DNA of 43,466 bases from the NCBI GenBank assembly GCA_041690695.1, contig JBEPVZ010000005.1, forward strand, positions 1 through 43,466, in the 5' to 3' direction. Both the position numbers and the translations under genes were made by a program. The first letter of the stretch is position 1. Every line of letters begins with the position of its first letter. The notes under the pieces are model-generated. The model had not been told where the DNA came from. It searched no databases and worked only from the letters and a program-made list of their open reading frames with translations. Shown here one piece after another: positions 35,198 to 43,466 of this stretch. This DNA is from Candidatus Daviesbacteria bacterium (lineage in GTDB: Bacteria > Patescibacteriota > Microgenomatia > Daviesbacterales > UBA10151).

Positions 35198-37045
35198 GTG
35201 GCAAAAGTCAAAAAGAAATCAGAGCCTAACAAAGAATCAAGTGATCAGAAAAAGCCCAAAAAGTCTTCATTTTCACGACGAAATCGAGTTTTTGTCATAA
35301 GTCTAAGCGCCTTAGGTCTAGCCTTATGCTTAATTTCGATTGGTATTGGCGGATATATCTTTTTCCAAGATCGCATTTATCCAGGAATAACCGTAGCCGG
35401 AGTTAGTTTAGCTGGGGAAACAGTTTCGGAAGCAACTCAGAAATTAAACCAGGTTTTAGCGAGTCGGACGGAGACGCCTTTAGTTTTCAATTTCCAATCT
35501 CAAGTTTTTCAGATCAAAATTGATCCACAATCAATAAATAACCAGCCTCTCGCAGAAAACGCGTTTGCAGTTAATCACCATTATTTAGCAACTTTACCCA
35601 ACCAGATTGAGATCACAAACCTATCGCTTAATATTGATTCACAAATTAAAACCATCGCTTCAAATATTGATTTACCAGCCATTGATAGTCAGCTAACTTC
35701 AACTCCTGATCTTGATATTACCGTTTCACCTTCCCAAAACGGTCAAATTCTTGATCAAGATAAATTAAAACAGGAGCTAGTTACTTATTTAAATGGTGGT
35801 CCAATTCCAAATTCAACTTTGCCAACTAAAATTGACCGACCAACCTTGTCTTATGATGACGCCTTAGCTATTAAAAACGCCTTGCTGAAAATTAAAGCCT
35901 CGCCCCTCAAATTAGTTTATAAAGATCAGACGTTTACAATTGATCTCCCAACTGCTTTAAATTTAATTGATTTAAAAAACTCACAATCAGTCGTGGCTTC
36001 AGGCAACTTTTATGGACATCAAATAACGATTGAGTCGATTTCAACACCTCAATCTCAAATTAATAACGTTCAGTTAAGTTTTAATCCTCAAAAACTAAAC
36101 GATTATTTAACAAATACCGTTGCCTCAAAAATTGACCGACCAGTTAAAGAGCCACTCTTTAATTTTGATGGCCAAAAGGTCACCCAATTCCAACCTCCTC
36201 AACAAGGACTAGCTTTAGATAAAGCTCAAACAACGATTTTAATTAATCAGATTTTCTTAGCCAATAATTCAGTCTCAACGATCAACTTACCAGTAACAGT
36301 AACTGAAGCCAAAAATCAGTTATCAAACCAACTGGGAATTAAAGAGCTAATTGGTGAAGGGGTCTCAAATTTTGATCACTCAATTCCTAATCGAATTTAT
36401 AACGTTCAATTAGCCGCGTCACGAATCAATGGTAGCTTAATTGGACCAGGCCAAACCTTTTCATTTGTAAATACGGTTGGAGATATCTCGGGAGCTTCAG
36501 GATACAAACAAGCTTATGTCATTAAGGAAGGTCGGACCGTTTTAGATGATGGCGGGGGGGTTTGTCAGGTTTCAACAACTCTCTTCCGAGCAGTTTTAAA
36601 CTCTGGGTTACCGGTTGTTGAACGAACTGCCCATGCTTATCGAGTTGGGTATTATGAAGAGGGTTTTCCACCTGGAATTGATGCCACGATTTTTAGCCCA
36701 ACCGTTGATTTTAAATTTAAAAACGATACCCAAAACAGCATCTTGATTCAAACTCGGATTGAGGGTTTAACTTTATACGTTGATTTTTATGGGACATCAG
36801 ATGGTCGAGTTGCAGTAGTAAGTAACCCCGTTGTGACTAACCAAACTCCACCACCACCGGATCTACGTCAAGATGATCCAACTCTACCTAAAGGCACAGT
36901 TAAGCAAGTTGACTTCTCGGCATGGGGAGCAAATGTTGTTTTTAGTCGGACAGTAACTCGAAATGGCCAAGTGATAATTAATGATACTTATCACTCTAAC
37001 TACAAAGCATGGCAGGCTATTTATCTGGTTGGAACTGGGGCATAA
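35198..37045 (+). CDS. VanW-family protein with peptidoglycan-binding repeats and a G5-like tail
   Basis: NRIYNVQLAA..ING..I.PG.TFSF...VG, GGGVCQVSTTLFRA, ERTAHAYRV.YY and DFKFKNDT. Start uncertain (GTG 35198 lies 6 nt after TACAAT). Confidence 0.9.
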   Translation: MAKVKKKSEPNKESSDQKKPKKSSFSRRNRVFVISLSALGLALCLISIGIGGYIFFQDRIYPGITVAGVSLAGETVSEATQKLNQVLASRTETPLVFNFQSQVFQIKIDPQSINNQPLAENAFAVNHHYLATLPNQIEITNLSLNIDSQIKTIASNIDLPAIDSQLTSTPDLDITVSPSQNGQILDQDKLKQELVTYLNGGPIPNSTLPTKIDRPTLSYDDALAIKNALLKIKASPLKLVYKDQTFTIDLPTALNLIDLKNSQSVVASGNFYGHQITIESISTPQSQINNVQLSFNPQKLNDYLTNTVASKIDRPVKEPLFNFDGQKVTQFQPPQQGLALDKAQTTILINQIFLANNSVSTINLPVTVTEAKNQLSNQLGIKELIGEGVSNFDHSIPNRIYNVQLAASRINGSLIGPGQTFSFVNTVGDISGASGYKQAYVIKEGRTVLDDGGGVCQVSTTLFRAVLNSGLPVVERTAHAYRVGYYEEGFPPGIDATIFSPTVDFKFKNDTQNSILIQTRIEGLTLYVDFYGTSDGRVAVVSNPVVTNQTPPPPDLRQDDPTLPKGTVKQVDFSAWGANVVFSRTVTRNGQVIINDTYHSNYKAWQAIYLVGTGA

Positions 37046-37058
37046 TATATGAGAGTCC

Positions 37059-40000
37059 ATGTTAAAACTGAAACAATTAATCGAGCACTTCGGCAACCCC
37101 GACAAGAAAAACCAACTTTTAATTGGGCTGAGTGTACTAGGGATTTTAGCCTTCTTAGTCATAAGCTCAGTTTTCACTTTCTCAAATCCGTTCTTTAGAG
37201 CTCTCTACCCGAAACTACCATCCCATGCTTCAACGGCAACTCAAGAATTTTTCCCATACGGTTCTTTTGACGATCAAGGAAACGTGACTGCTTCGACTGC
37301 TCTCACCAATATGTTTAATGAGCTCCTCTCTTTCAATATGGATAGTGTGATGTTTAATAATACTTCTTTTACAAATCCCTATTTTTCGCAAATGCTGACA
37401 ATTGCAGATCAAAAAAACTTTAATATTATTGCTGGTCCGCAACAAGAACTTTATCGCCAGTGGTGGGAACCGTTAACTTTCCAGAACCCGGAGCCCTCAC
37501 TAACGATTAACAGTGCGAACGCCATCGCTCAACCGCTGGTCGCTCAAACTCAAAACCATCCAAGCTTCTTAGCCTACAACCTGGTCGACGACTCGGATGC
37601 TTTTTCTCTCCAAAAACGAAACTTAATTCAGCAAGCATTCTCCCAGCTTGATCCCGATCGAGCAGTCTCACTTATTAATGGAATTGATACTGCCCGATAT
37701 GATTTTACTAATAATATTCAGCCCCGTGCAGTTATTTATTACAACTATCCGGCAGGAGTTAGTCAAGCAGCCTGCGTTTTTAATCGTGGCGGGCTGGTCG
37801 ACTGGGTTGATAGCGAGCGTATGATGAAGCAATATCTTCCGCCTAACACTCCTATTTGGCAAATTTTGCAAACTCATCAAACCCAAAAAGATTTTTACGG
37901 TACTATTGTGTCATCAAGTTCAGGTGCGCTGAGATACCCAACAGTCGAAGAGTTAAGACTTCAACAGTGGCTCAGTTTGGGAGAAGGCGTAACTGGTATT
38001 TTCTGGTTTACTTACTTAGACCTTAAAAATCCGGCTGGTCAACCGGGTTGGTTGGGCTGGAAAAATCAGCCTGCTTTTCTAGCTGAAATTACAGATCTAT
38101 CTACTCGGCTCAAACCGCTCCGGCCGCTCTTTTTACAGATCCAAAAGATTGACGATAAGTTTAGCGCCGATGGCTCTGGGAGAACCTATGTCAGTACCTT
38201 TAAAAACAAAAGCTCAAATACTCTTTACGTTCTGGTCGTAAATAATGAGTGCAGCAGTCAAACCGTGACGGTCAAAACTAAGTATTTGACTGGACAACTA
38301 AAAAATCTCGAAACTAATCAAATTCAAAACATGAATGATCCGATTAATCTTCGTGGAGGGGACGCGGCCTTCTTCGAGTTAGTCAACCCCGGGTTAGTTA
38401 GTCCTATGCCAGCTTTAGTCACCGCGACAAACTTAGTCACTAACCCCGGATTTGAAACGCTAGATTCCTCGGGCAAGCCAACTGGCTGGAGTGCACCGGC
38501 TAGTGCCGTCAGCACCAGTACCGTTCATCAAGGCAACAACTCTTTATCCGAGCAAGGGCCAATTAGCAGCAAGTATTACTGGACCCAACCAGTCTTACAA
38601 CCAAACACTAAGTATATGTTGAGTGCTTGGATAAAAACCAACAACGCGACTACGGCTCAACTGCGTTATGTCATTACTCAGCCCAGCATAGCTTCAGCAG
38701 TCGCAACAGCCCAATTAACTGGAACCAAAGATTGGCAACAGATATTTGCTCTTTTCACCACCCCACCCGACTATGTAACTGGACGCCTTGATGCCTTATT
38801 TACGATGCCTGATGGGGGGCAAGGATGGATTGATGAGGTGCGTTTATGTGCGGTTAACGAAAGTTGCTCACCTCTACCATACACTCCGTTAACCAGCTTT
38901 AATTCAGCTCCCGTATCTGGAATCCCAGCCGTAGACCCCAACTATTCAGAAGACGTGACGACTTGGTGGAATAATCACCCGTTAAATCCTGCCGCCCCTA
39001 GCGGGATTGCTATCGGCGGAATCAAGTCGCCGTCTCCGATACTTGATGTTCAAAAAGATTATGCCGGAGATATTCAGGCAGCGATTAACGCTCTTCCGAC
39101 AACCGGCGGAACACTATTTTTCCAACCCGGAACGTATGCTGCAGGATTTCAACTGGTTGGCAAATCCAACGTTCATTTCATCTCAGATGGCGGCGCAACG
39201 ATTAAAGGAAACTTTGTGGTTGGCAACGATGTAAATACCGAAAGTAATATTGCCGCATGTACTCAGGCGGTGTACCTTGGGAGTTTTAATGCTTGTGTGT
39301 TTAATAAAAATGATCCGAATCATTTAGCTTGTGTTGCCTGCGCCACAACGGACCGAATTCATAATATTTATTTCAAAAATATTACTTTTGATGGAGCGGG
39401 CATCTCCTATCAAGCATTTACTCTTCGGGCAGCACGAGATATTGTGTTTGATAATGATATTTTTCAAAATTTCGTCTATCAATCAACCTTTGTCAGACCA
39501 TCACCGACACCAGCAGTTCCTAATCTCGTCAACTCAACAGTGAATGGAGAAGCGAATCTGAATAATATTTGGTTTCGAGGTTGTCAATTCTTAGGGAGTG
39601 GGGCACAGGCAGTCTATATGGATGGCTTACATGGTGGAGGAATCATTAATTCAATAATTAGCGGGAATTACAACGCCGCACTATGGCTGGAAACAAATAA
39701 TGATTGGTCGATTGACTATAATGACGATGGCGTTGTAGATTCAGAAGAAAACCGAATAAGTGATTACTTCGTCTTTGATCACAATACAATAAGCATACCT
39801 AAAATCTATTACGGAGTTAATACGTCAGCCAGAGATAGTTTGTTTAGCAACAATACACTCACCACCTTTACCTTAGCTTTTCTCAATTACGGAGTTCGGG
39901 GAAATATTGGTCGACCTTTGGCCCACTATAATGCATATAACGACATCATCGAAAACAATACCGTCGCTTATGCGAATAATTTCGCACTCATAGCCCATGT

Positions 40001-41324
40001 CGATCCCTGCGACACATCAGCAGGTCACGCAACTGATTGTGGAAAGATTGGATTATATACCTTTACAAATAACAAAGTGAACAGTATTGGCGTAGGCAGT
40101 ACAACATTTAAAGGCTTCATTGCCTTTTCTGGTGCTGGAACGATCGATCAACCAACCTGCGTTCAGGGTAATTCTATCGCAGGTACTCCTATTCCTGATC
40201 AATGTAATAATAATCCCAGTAGCTCACCCCAAGCCGCCTTTAACTTAAGCTCCGGAGTTACTTCTCCAATTCCAGCCAACACCAACTTTTCGGTTCAACT
40301 GAAAGCCCGATCTGACACGGATTCATCTAACTTGTTTACCGCCAAAATTACTTTCCCTGCTAATTTAATGGCAGTCCAATCAATTAGCACTGTGGGGAGC
40401 TTTGTAACTAATTGGGCCGACACTTCGTTTGATAACACGACAGGAACAATCTCAATTAGCGGGGGGTTAGGTCAACCTGGGTTTAAAACGAGTGGGGCAG
40501 ACAGTCTGATGGCGACTATTAACTTTAAAACCTTAGCTGGTAACGGCGGAACTGGAAACATTGACTTTAATACCAGCCAGTCCTCTATTTATCGAAATTC
40601 AGATAATCTTAATATTTTAACCACTACCAACCCATTAGCTTTAACGGTTAATCCGGGGCCGACCCCAACGGCTTCACCAACTGGGTCACCTCATCCTACG
40701 CCATCACCCATGCCAAGTCCGACGGCCTCGCCTACCCCAGCCCCTATTGCGTGTTCTCTTACTTCTGCCAATTGGTCAAATTTAGCTTCAAATCCTGTTT
40801 CCTACGACACGACCGTTAACTTAACTGTCAAATCAGTCGGCGACTGTACCGGTAAAACAGTTAGTGTGGTCATTAATCAGGATAACGGAATACTCCCAGC
40901 TGGATCCGTCTCGACAAACCCCAACAATGGAGTTTTCGTTGGCAATACAGCCACAACAACTTGGGTAGCTGAATACCAACCGGATGGACCATTTGGATTA
41001 TTTGATCCACCAGAATTCTACTTTACAGCTACACTGACTTCATTAACGACTGGCACCACATCGATTAAATCGGTTAATCCTGAACTTCAAGTCAATAATA
41101 GTAATAATCCGAACCCGTCTGCTTCACCAACAGTCCAAGTAGGAGATGGTAATCACGATGGTAAGATCAACTTAGTTGACCTATCGATCATGCTATCTAA
41201 CTTCACTAAACTTTCGACTCAACCTGACTTTCCAAATGATCTAGATATTAACGATGACGGGATTATTAACTCGATTGATTTTTCCTCTGAGATTAATTTA
41301 CTCAGAGCCAATCATACGATCTGA
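37059..41324 (+). CDS. Large modular surface protein: TM anchor, GH-like barrel, CBM4/9-like, beta-helix, cohesin, Pro/Thr linker, dockerin
   Basis: RYPTVEELR..WL..G.G.TGIFWF (GH-like); NLVTNPGFE...WIDEV (CBM); IQAAINALP..GGTLFF.PGTY plus Asn-rich repeats (beta-helix); cohesin about 40235-40655; GDGNHDGKINLVDLSIML...DINDDGIINSIDFS (dockerin). Confidence 0.8.
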   Translation: MLKLKQLIEHFGNPDKKNQLLIGLSVLGILAFLVISSVFTFSNPFFRALYPKLPSHASTATQEFFPYGSFDDQGNVTASTALTNMFNELLSFNMDSVMFNNTSFTNPYFSQMLTIADQKNFNIIAGPQQELYRQWWEPLTFQNPEPSLTINSANAIAQPLVAQTQNHPSFLAYNLVDDSDAFSLQKRNLIQQAFSQLDPDRAVSLINGIDTARYDFTNNIQPRAVIYYNYPAGVSQAACVFNRGGLVDWVDSERMMKQYLPPNTPIWQILQTHQTQKDFYGTIVSSSSGALRYPTVEELRLQQWLSLGEGVTGIFWFTYLDLKNPAGQPGWLGWKNQPAFLAEITDLSTRLKPLRPLFLQIQKIDDKFSADGSGRTYVSTFKNKSSNTLYVLVVNNECSSQTVTVKTKYLTGQLKNLETNQIQNMNDPINLRGGDAAFFELVNPGLVSPMPALVTATNLVTNPGFETLDSSGKPTGWSAPASAVSTSTVHQGNNSLSEQGPISSKYYWTQPVLQPNTKYMLSAWIKTNNATTAQLRYVITQPSIASAVATAQLTGTKDWQQIFALFTTPPDYVTGRLDALFTMPDGGQGWIDEVRLCAVNESCSPLPYTPLTSFNSAPVSGIPAVDPNYSEDVTTWWNNHPLNPAAPSGIAIGGIKSPSPILDVQKDYAGDIQAAINALPTTGGTLFFQPGTYAAGFQLVGKSNVHFISDGGATIKGNFVVGNDVNTESNIAACTQAVYLGSFNACVFNKNDPNHLACVACATTDRIHNIYFKNITFDGAGISYQAFTLRAARDIVFDNDIFQNFVYQSTFVRPSPTPAVPNLVNSTVNGEANLNNIWFRGCQFLGSGAQAVYMDGLHGGGIINSIISGNYNAALWLETNNDWSIDYNDDGVVDSEENRISDYFVFDHNTISIPKIYYGVNTSARDSLFSNNTLTTFTLAFLNYGVRGNIGRPLAHYNAYNDIIENNTVAYANNFALIAHVDPCDTSAGHATDCGKIGLYTFTNNKVNSIGVGSTTFKGFIAFSGAGTIDQPTCVQGNSIAGTPIPDQCNNNPSSSPQAAFNLSSGVTSPIPANTNFSVQLKARSDTDSSNLFTAKITFPANLMAVQSISTVGSFVTNWADTSFDNTTGTISISGGLGQPGFKTSGADSLMATINFKTLAGNGGTGNIDFNTSQSSIYRNSDNLNILTTTNPLALTVNPGPTPTASPTGSPHPTPSPMPSPTASPTPAPIACSLTSANWSNLASNPVSYDTTVNLTVKSVGDCTGKTVSVVINQDNGILPAGSVSTNPNNGVFVGNTATTTWVAEYQPDGPFGLFDPPEFYFTATLTSLTTGTTSIKSVNPELQVNNSNNPNPSASPTVQVGDGNHDGKINLVDLSIMLSNFTKLSTQPDFPNDLDINDDGIINSIDFSSEINLLRANHTI

Positions 41325-41365
41325 CTTATTGACTGAACCCAGCCAGAAGTGATTGAATTAATATA

Positions 41366-43466
41366 ATGCCCAAAAGGAGGTTAAGTAAAATCGATCAAAA
41401 TTTAAATAAGTTTTTAGACAATTACGATAAGAAAACTAAAACTCAGTTCCTTGTCGCCTCGCTAGGTATTTTGGTCTTTTTACTTGTTGCGGGAACAACC
41501 ACCTTCAATCATGGACTCTTTAGTCAGTTATTTATAAAGCCATCCTCACACGCCTCCACAACTTTCCCCGCAGTCCCAACTTATTACGCCCCTCTTTTTA
41601 ATTACATGCAAGGACAGTTAAATACTTTCCAAACCACTCTTGACCAACAAAATACTGGCACATTGTCACCAGTCATCACTTCAACCGAGCTACTTCAAGC
41701 CAACGGTAATAGCGGGACAACTCTGATTACCGCTTCTAACCCCAACCTGCACTGTACAGACAACTTTTTAGCAATGTGTAACATTAATCCTTTTTTAGAT
41801 CGAATGCAGACACTCGGCATCCAAGCCATGACAATCGCAGTTAAATATCCATTACTGTCTGACAATCTTTCGACGATGGAAACACCAGCCAATTCCCAAG
41901 GAACAACTGCCCAATATTTGCAATTCTATAACGATGTTGCAGCCTCAATTAGAGCTCATGGTATGAAAGTAGCGGTTGAAACGAACGCCATTTTTTCGGG
42001 AACGAGTTTCTCCTCGTTTACCTATAATTTACCCACTTATTGTGCTTATGAAGCCGACAATCACCTTGTCACCCAAAAAATAATTGATAACCTCCATCCG
42101 GATTATTTACAGATCTTTCAAGAGCCAGATACCCAATTTTCACTCACAAAATATCCAGCCTTCGACCCTAAAAGTCAGACCAGTGGCATAACTGGTGGCG
42201 CAGTCGGAGTCGCTCAATATGTTAAATATGTGCTTGGGGCAGCAGCTGATCCAAATTGTCCGACCAACCCCAACCCAACCTTAACTCCAATTAATAAAGG
42301 TGCGACCAAGATTATGGCCGGAACTGGCACTTGGTTAATGACTGATCAAACTAGTGGAAAAGTTAATTACGCCACCGAGTTATCAAAAATCGGAGCATTG
42401 GATGGGATTGATATTCATGTTTATCCGATCATTAATGATGGTTTGCCTCAACCAAACTATACCTATTTACAAAATATTTTAACCATGTCCGGTATTGCTC
42501 ATAGCGCTGGCAAAAAAGTCACGATGATGGAGGCTTGGGCCAATAAAGAAGATCCGTCAGATCTAGGATCGGGAAATATTGCGTCCAGTGCCAAGATCTT
42601 TGATCGTGATAACTTTTCTTTTTGGCAACCGATTGATCAGCAATTTATTTCCGAAATGTTGTTAACCGCTAAAATCAAAAATATTGAGCTCATTAACCCT
42701 TTTTGGAGTAAATATTTGGTGTCTTATATTGACTATACGCCAGGTGTCTACGATGAAAACTCAACAACTCAACAACTCCAAACAGCCCAAACACAAGCAG
42801 TCAGTCAAAACTTAACCTCGGATACATTTAGTCTAACTGGGAATTATCTTAAACAATTATTGTCATCAAGCGTGGCTAGCTTTTCACTAACCACAACTGC
42901 AGTTTCACCACTTCCCCCAGCAACAAGTTTTACAGCTCAACTTAAAGTCAGAACTGATACTGATGCTTCTAATTTGTTTACAGCGAAGATAAACTTCCCA
43001 GCTAATCTTTTACAAGTCCAGTCAATTAGTACCACCGGTTCCTTTATTACCAACTGGGTTGATTCTGGAACCTTTGATAATACCGCCGGGACAATCTCGA
43101 TTATTGGAGGGGTTGCTCAGCCAGGATTTAAAACTTCAGGTACAGATAGTTTAATGGCGACTATTAATTTTAAAACAGTCTCGGGAAGTGGCGGCCCTGC
43201 CAATATCAGCTTTAATGTCACTCCCAATAAGTCGGCAATCTACCGAAACTCAGACAATACTAATATCTTAAACACTGCAAGTCCACTGTCTTTAACTATA
43301 AATCCAGCTCCGACACCCTCGCCGACAGCTACTCCCACTCTGGCCCCAACTCCAACCCCTACCATAGCACCTACAGCAACTCCGACCTCAACTCCAACAG
43401 CCAGCCCAACCGCAGCACCGACGGCTACTCCCACTCTGGCTCCAACTCCAACCCCTACCATAGCAC
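41366..43466 (+). CDS. Paralogous modular surface protein: TM anchor, clan GH-A-like barrel, cohesin, Pro/Thr linker (runs off the window)
   Basis: Manual translation is open from ATG 41366 to the end. Motifs FQEPD, DGIDIHVYP and KKVTMMEAW; cohesin about 42875-43306 is similar to the upstream gene's. Not in the ORF track because it has no stop. Confidence 0.85.
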   Translation, partial: MPKRRLSKIDQNLNKFLDNYDKKTKTQFLVASLGILVFLLVAGTTTFNHGLFSQLFIKPSSHASTTFPAVPTYYAPLFNYMQGQLNTFQTTLDQQNTGTLSPVITSTELLQANGNSGTTLITASNPNLHCTDNFLAMCNINPFLDRMQTLGIQAMTIAVKYPLLSDNLSTMETPANSQGTTAQYLQFYNDVAASIRAHGMKVAVETNAIFSGTSFSSFTYNLPTYCAYEADNHLVTQKIIDNLHPDYLQIFQEPDTQFSLTKYPAFDPKSQTSGITGGAVGVAQYVKYVLGAAADPNCPTNPNPTLTPINKGATKIMAGTGTWLMTDQTSGKVNYATELSKIGALDGIDIHVYPIINDGLPQPNYTYLQNILTMSGIAHSAGKKVTMMEAWANKEDPSDLGSGNIASSAKIFDRDNFSFWQPIDQQFISEMLLTAKIKNIELINPFWSKYLVSYIDYTPGVYDENSTTQQLQTAQTQAVSQNLTSDTFSLTGNYLKQLLSSSVASFSLTTTAVSPLPPATSFTAQLKVRTDTDASNLFTAKINFPANLLQVQSISTTGSFITNWVDSGTFDNTAGTISIIGGVAQPGFKTSGTDSLMATINFKTVSGSGGPANISFNVTPNKSAIYRNSDNTNILNTASPLSLTINPAPTPSPTATPTLAPTPTPTIAPTATPTSTPTASPTAAPTATPTLAPTPTPTIA
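43322..43466 (+). repeat. 96-bp-period coding repeat in the Pro/Thr linker
   Basis: GCTACTCCCACTCTGGCYCCAACTCCAACCCCTACCATAGCAC occurs at 43328 and 43424. Confidence 0.85.

Noticed and set aside
35198-37045. Vancomycin-resistance locus
   Set aside because: The VanW domain occurs alone, without vanHAX/vanRS; such proteins are widespread cell-wall proteins.
674-41892. Short track ORFs nested in or antisense to longer genes (e.g. 674-898, 4777-5013, 7631-7813, 9593-9832, 28568-28930, 29620-29895, 30995-31216, 37230-39543, 41695-41892)
   Set aside because: They overlap well-supported genes and have no motifs or initiation signals of their own.
43240-43461. Minus-strand Val/Gly-rich ORF
   Set aside because: It is the antisense shadow of the Pro/Thr linker of the plus-strand gene.
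1-43466. CRISPR array, tRNA/rRNA genes, IS or prophage
   Set aside because: No spaced repeats, cloverleaf or rRNA-like segments, and no transposase, integrase or phage structural genes were seen. Intergenic gaps are short and mostly accounted for.

Overview
A 43.5 kb, AT-rich, densely coding bacterial chromosomal segment in genetic code 11. The gene content (PcrA, FemX, MurB, VanW, PEGA/SH3, cohesin/dockerin surface proteins, many short orphan membrane proteins) and the -10 boxes directly abutting start codons suggest a Patescibacteria/CPR genome, probably Microgenomates-like; this is an inference. I saw no rRNA, tRNA, CRISPR array or transposase. The strongest discovery is at 12130-12294: a promoter, a 22-codon leader peptide with clustered Met codons (MNSVIVLTMSMQMRNSSKGGTI), and mutually exclusive antiterminator/terminator hairpins. 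It lies upstream of a SAM hydrolase (DUF62)-metG-yfiH/pgeF run, and so looks like a methionine-sensing, ribosome-mediated transcription attenuator controlling a SAM-to-Met salvage operon. Other points of note: widespread apparent leaderless transcription; a groES-orf-orf-groEL operon whose groEL carries an in-frame TAA; a CAD-like dihydroorotase; a GT4/(alpha/alpha)6/GH130 trio interrupted by two orphan genes next to a structured, palindromic intergenic region; a Phd/YefM-RelE toxin-antitoxin pair with TGTACA operators; and tandem modular glycoside-hydrolase-like/cohesin(/dockerin) surface proteins. Three ORFs missing from the supplied track were found: 12168-12236 (+), 15188-15358 (-) and 41366-end (+). 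All family calls come from motif recognition by eye, not from database searches.
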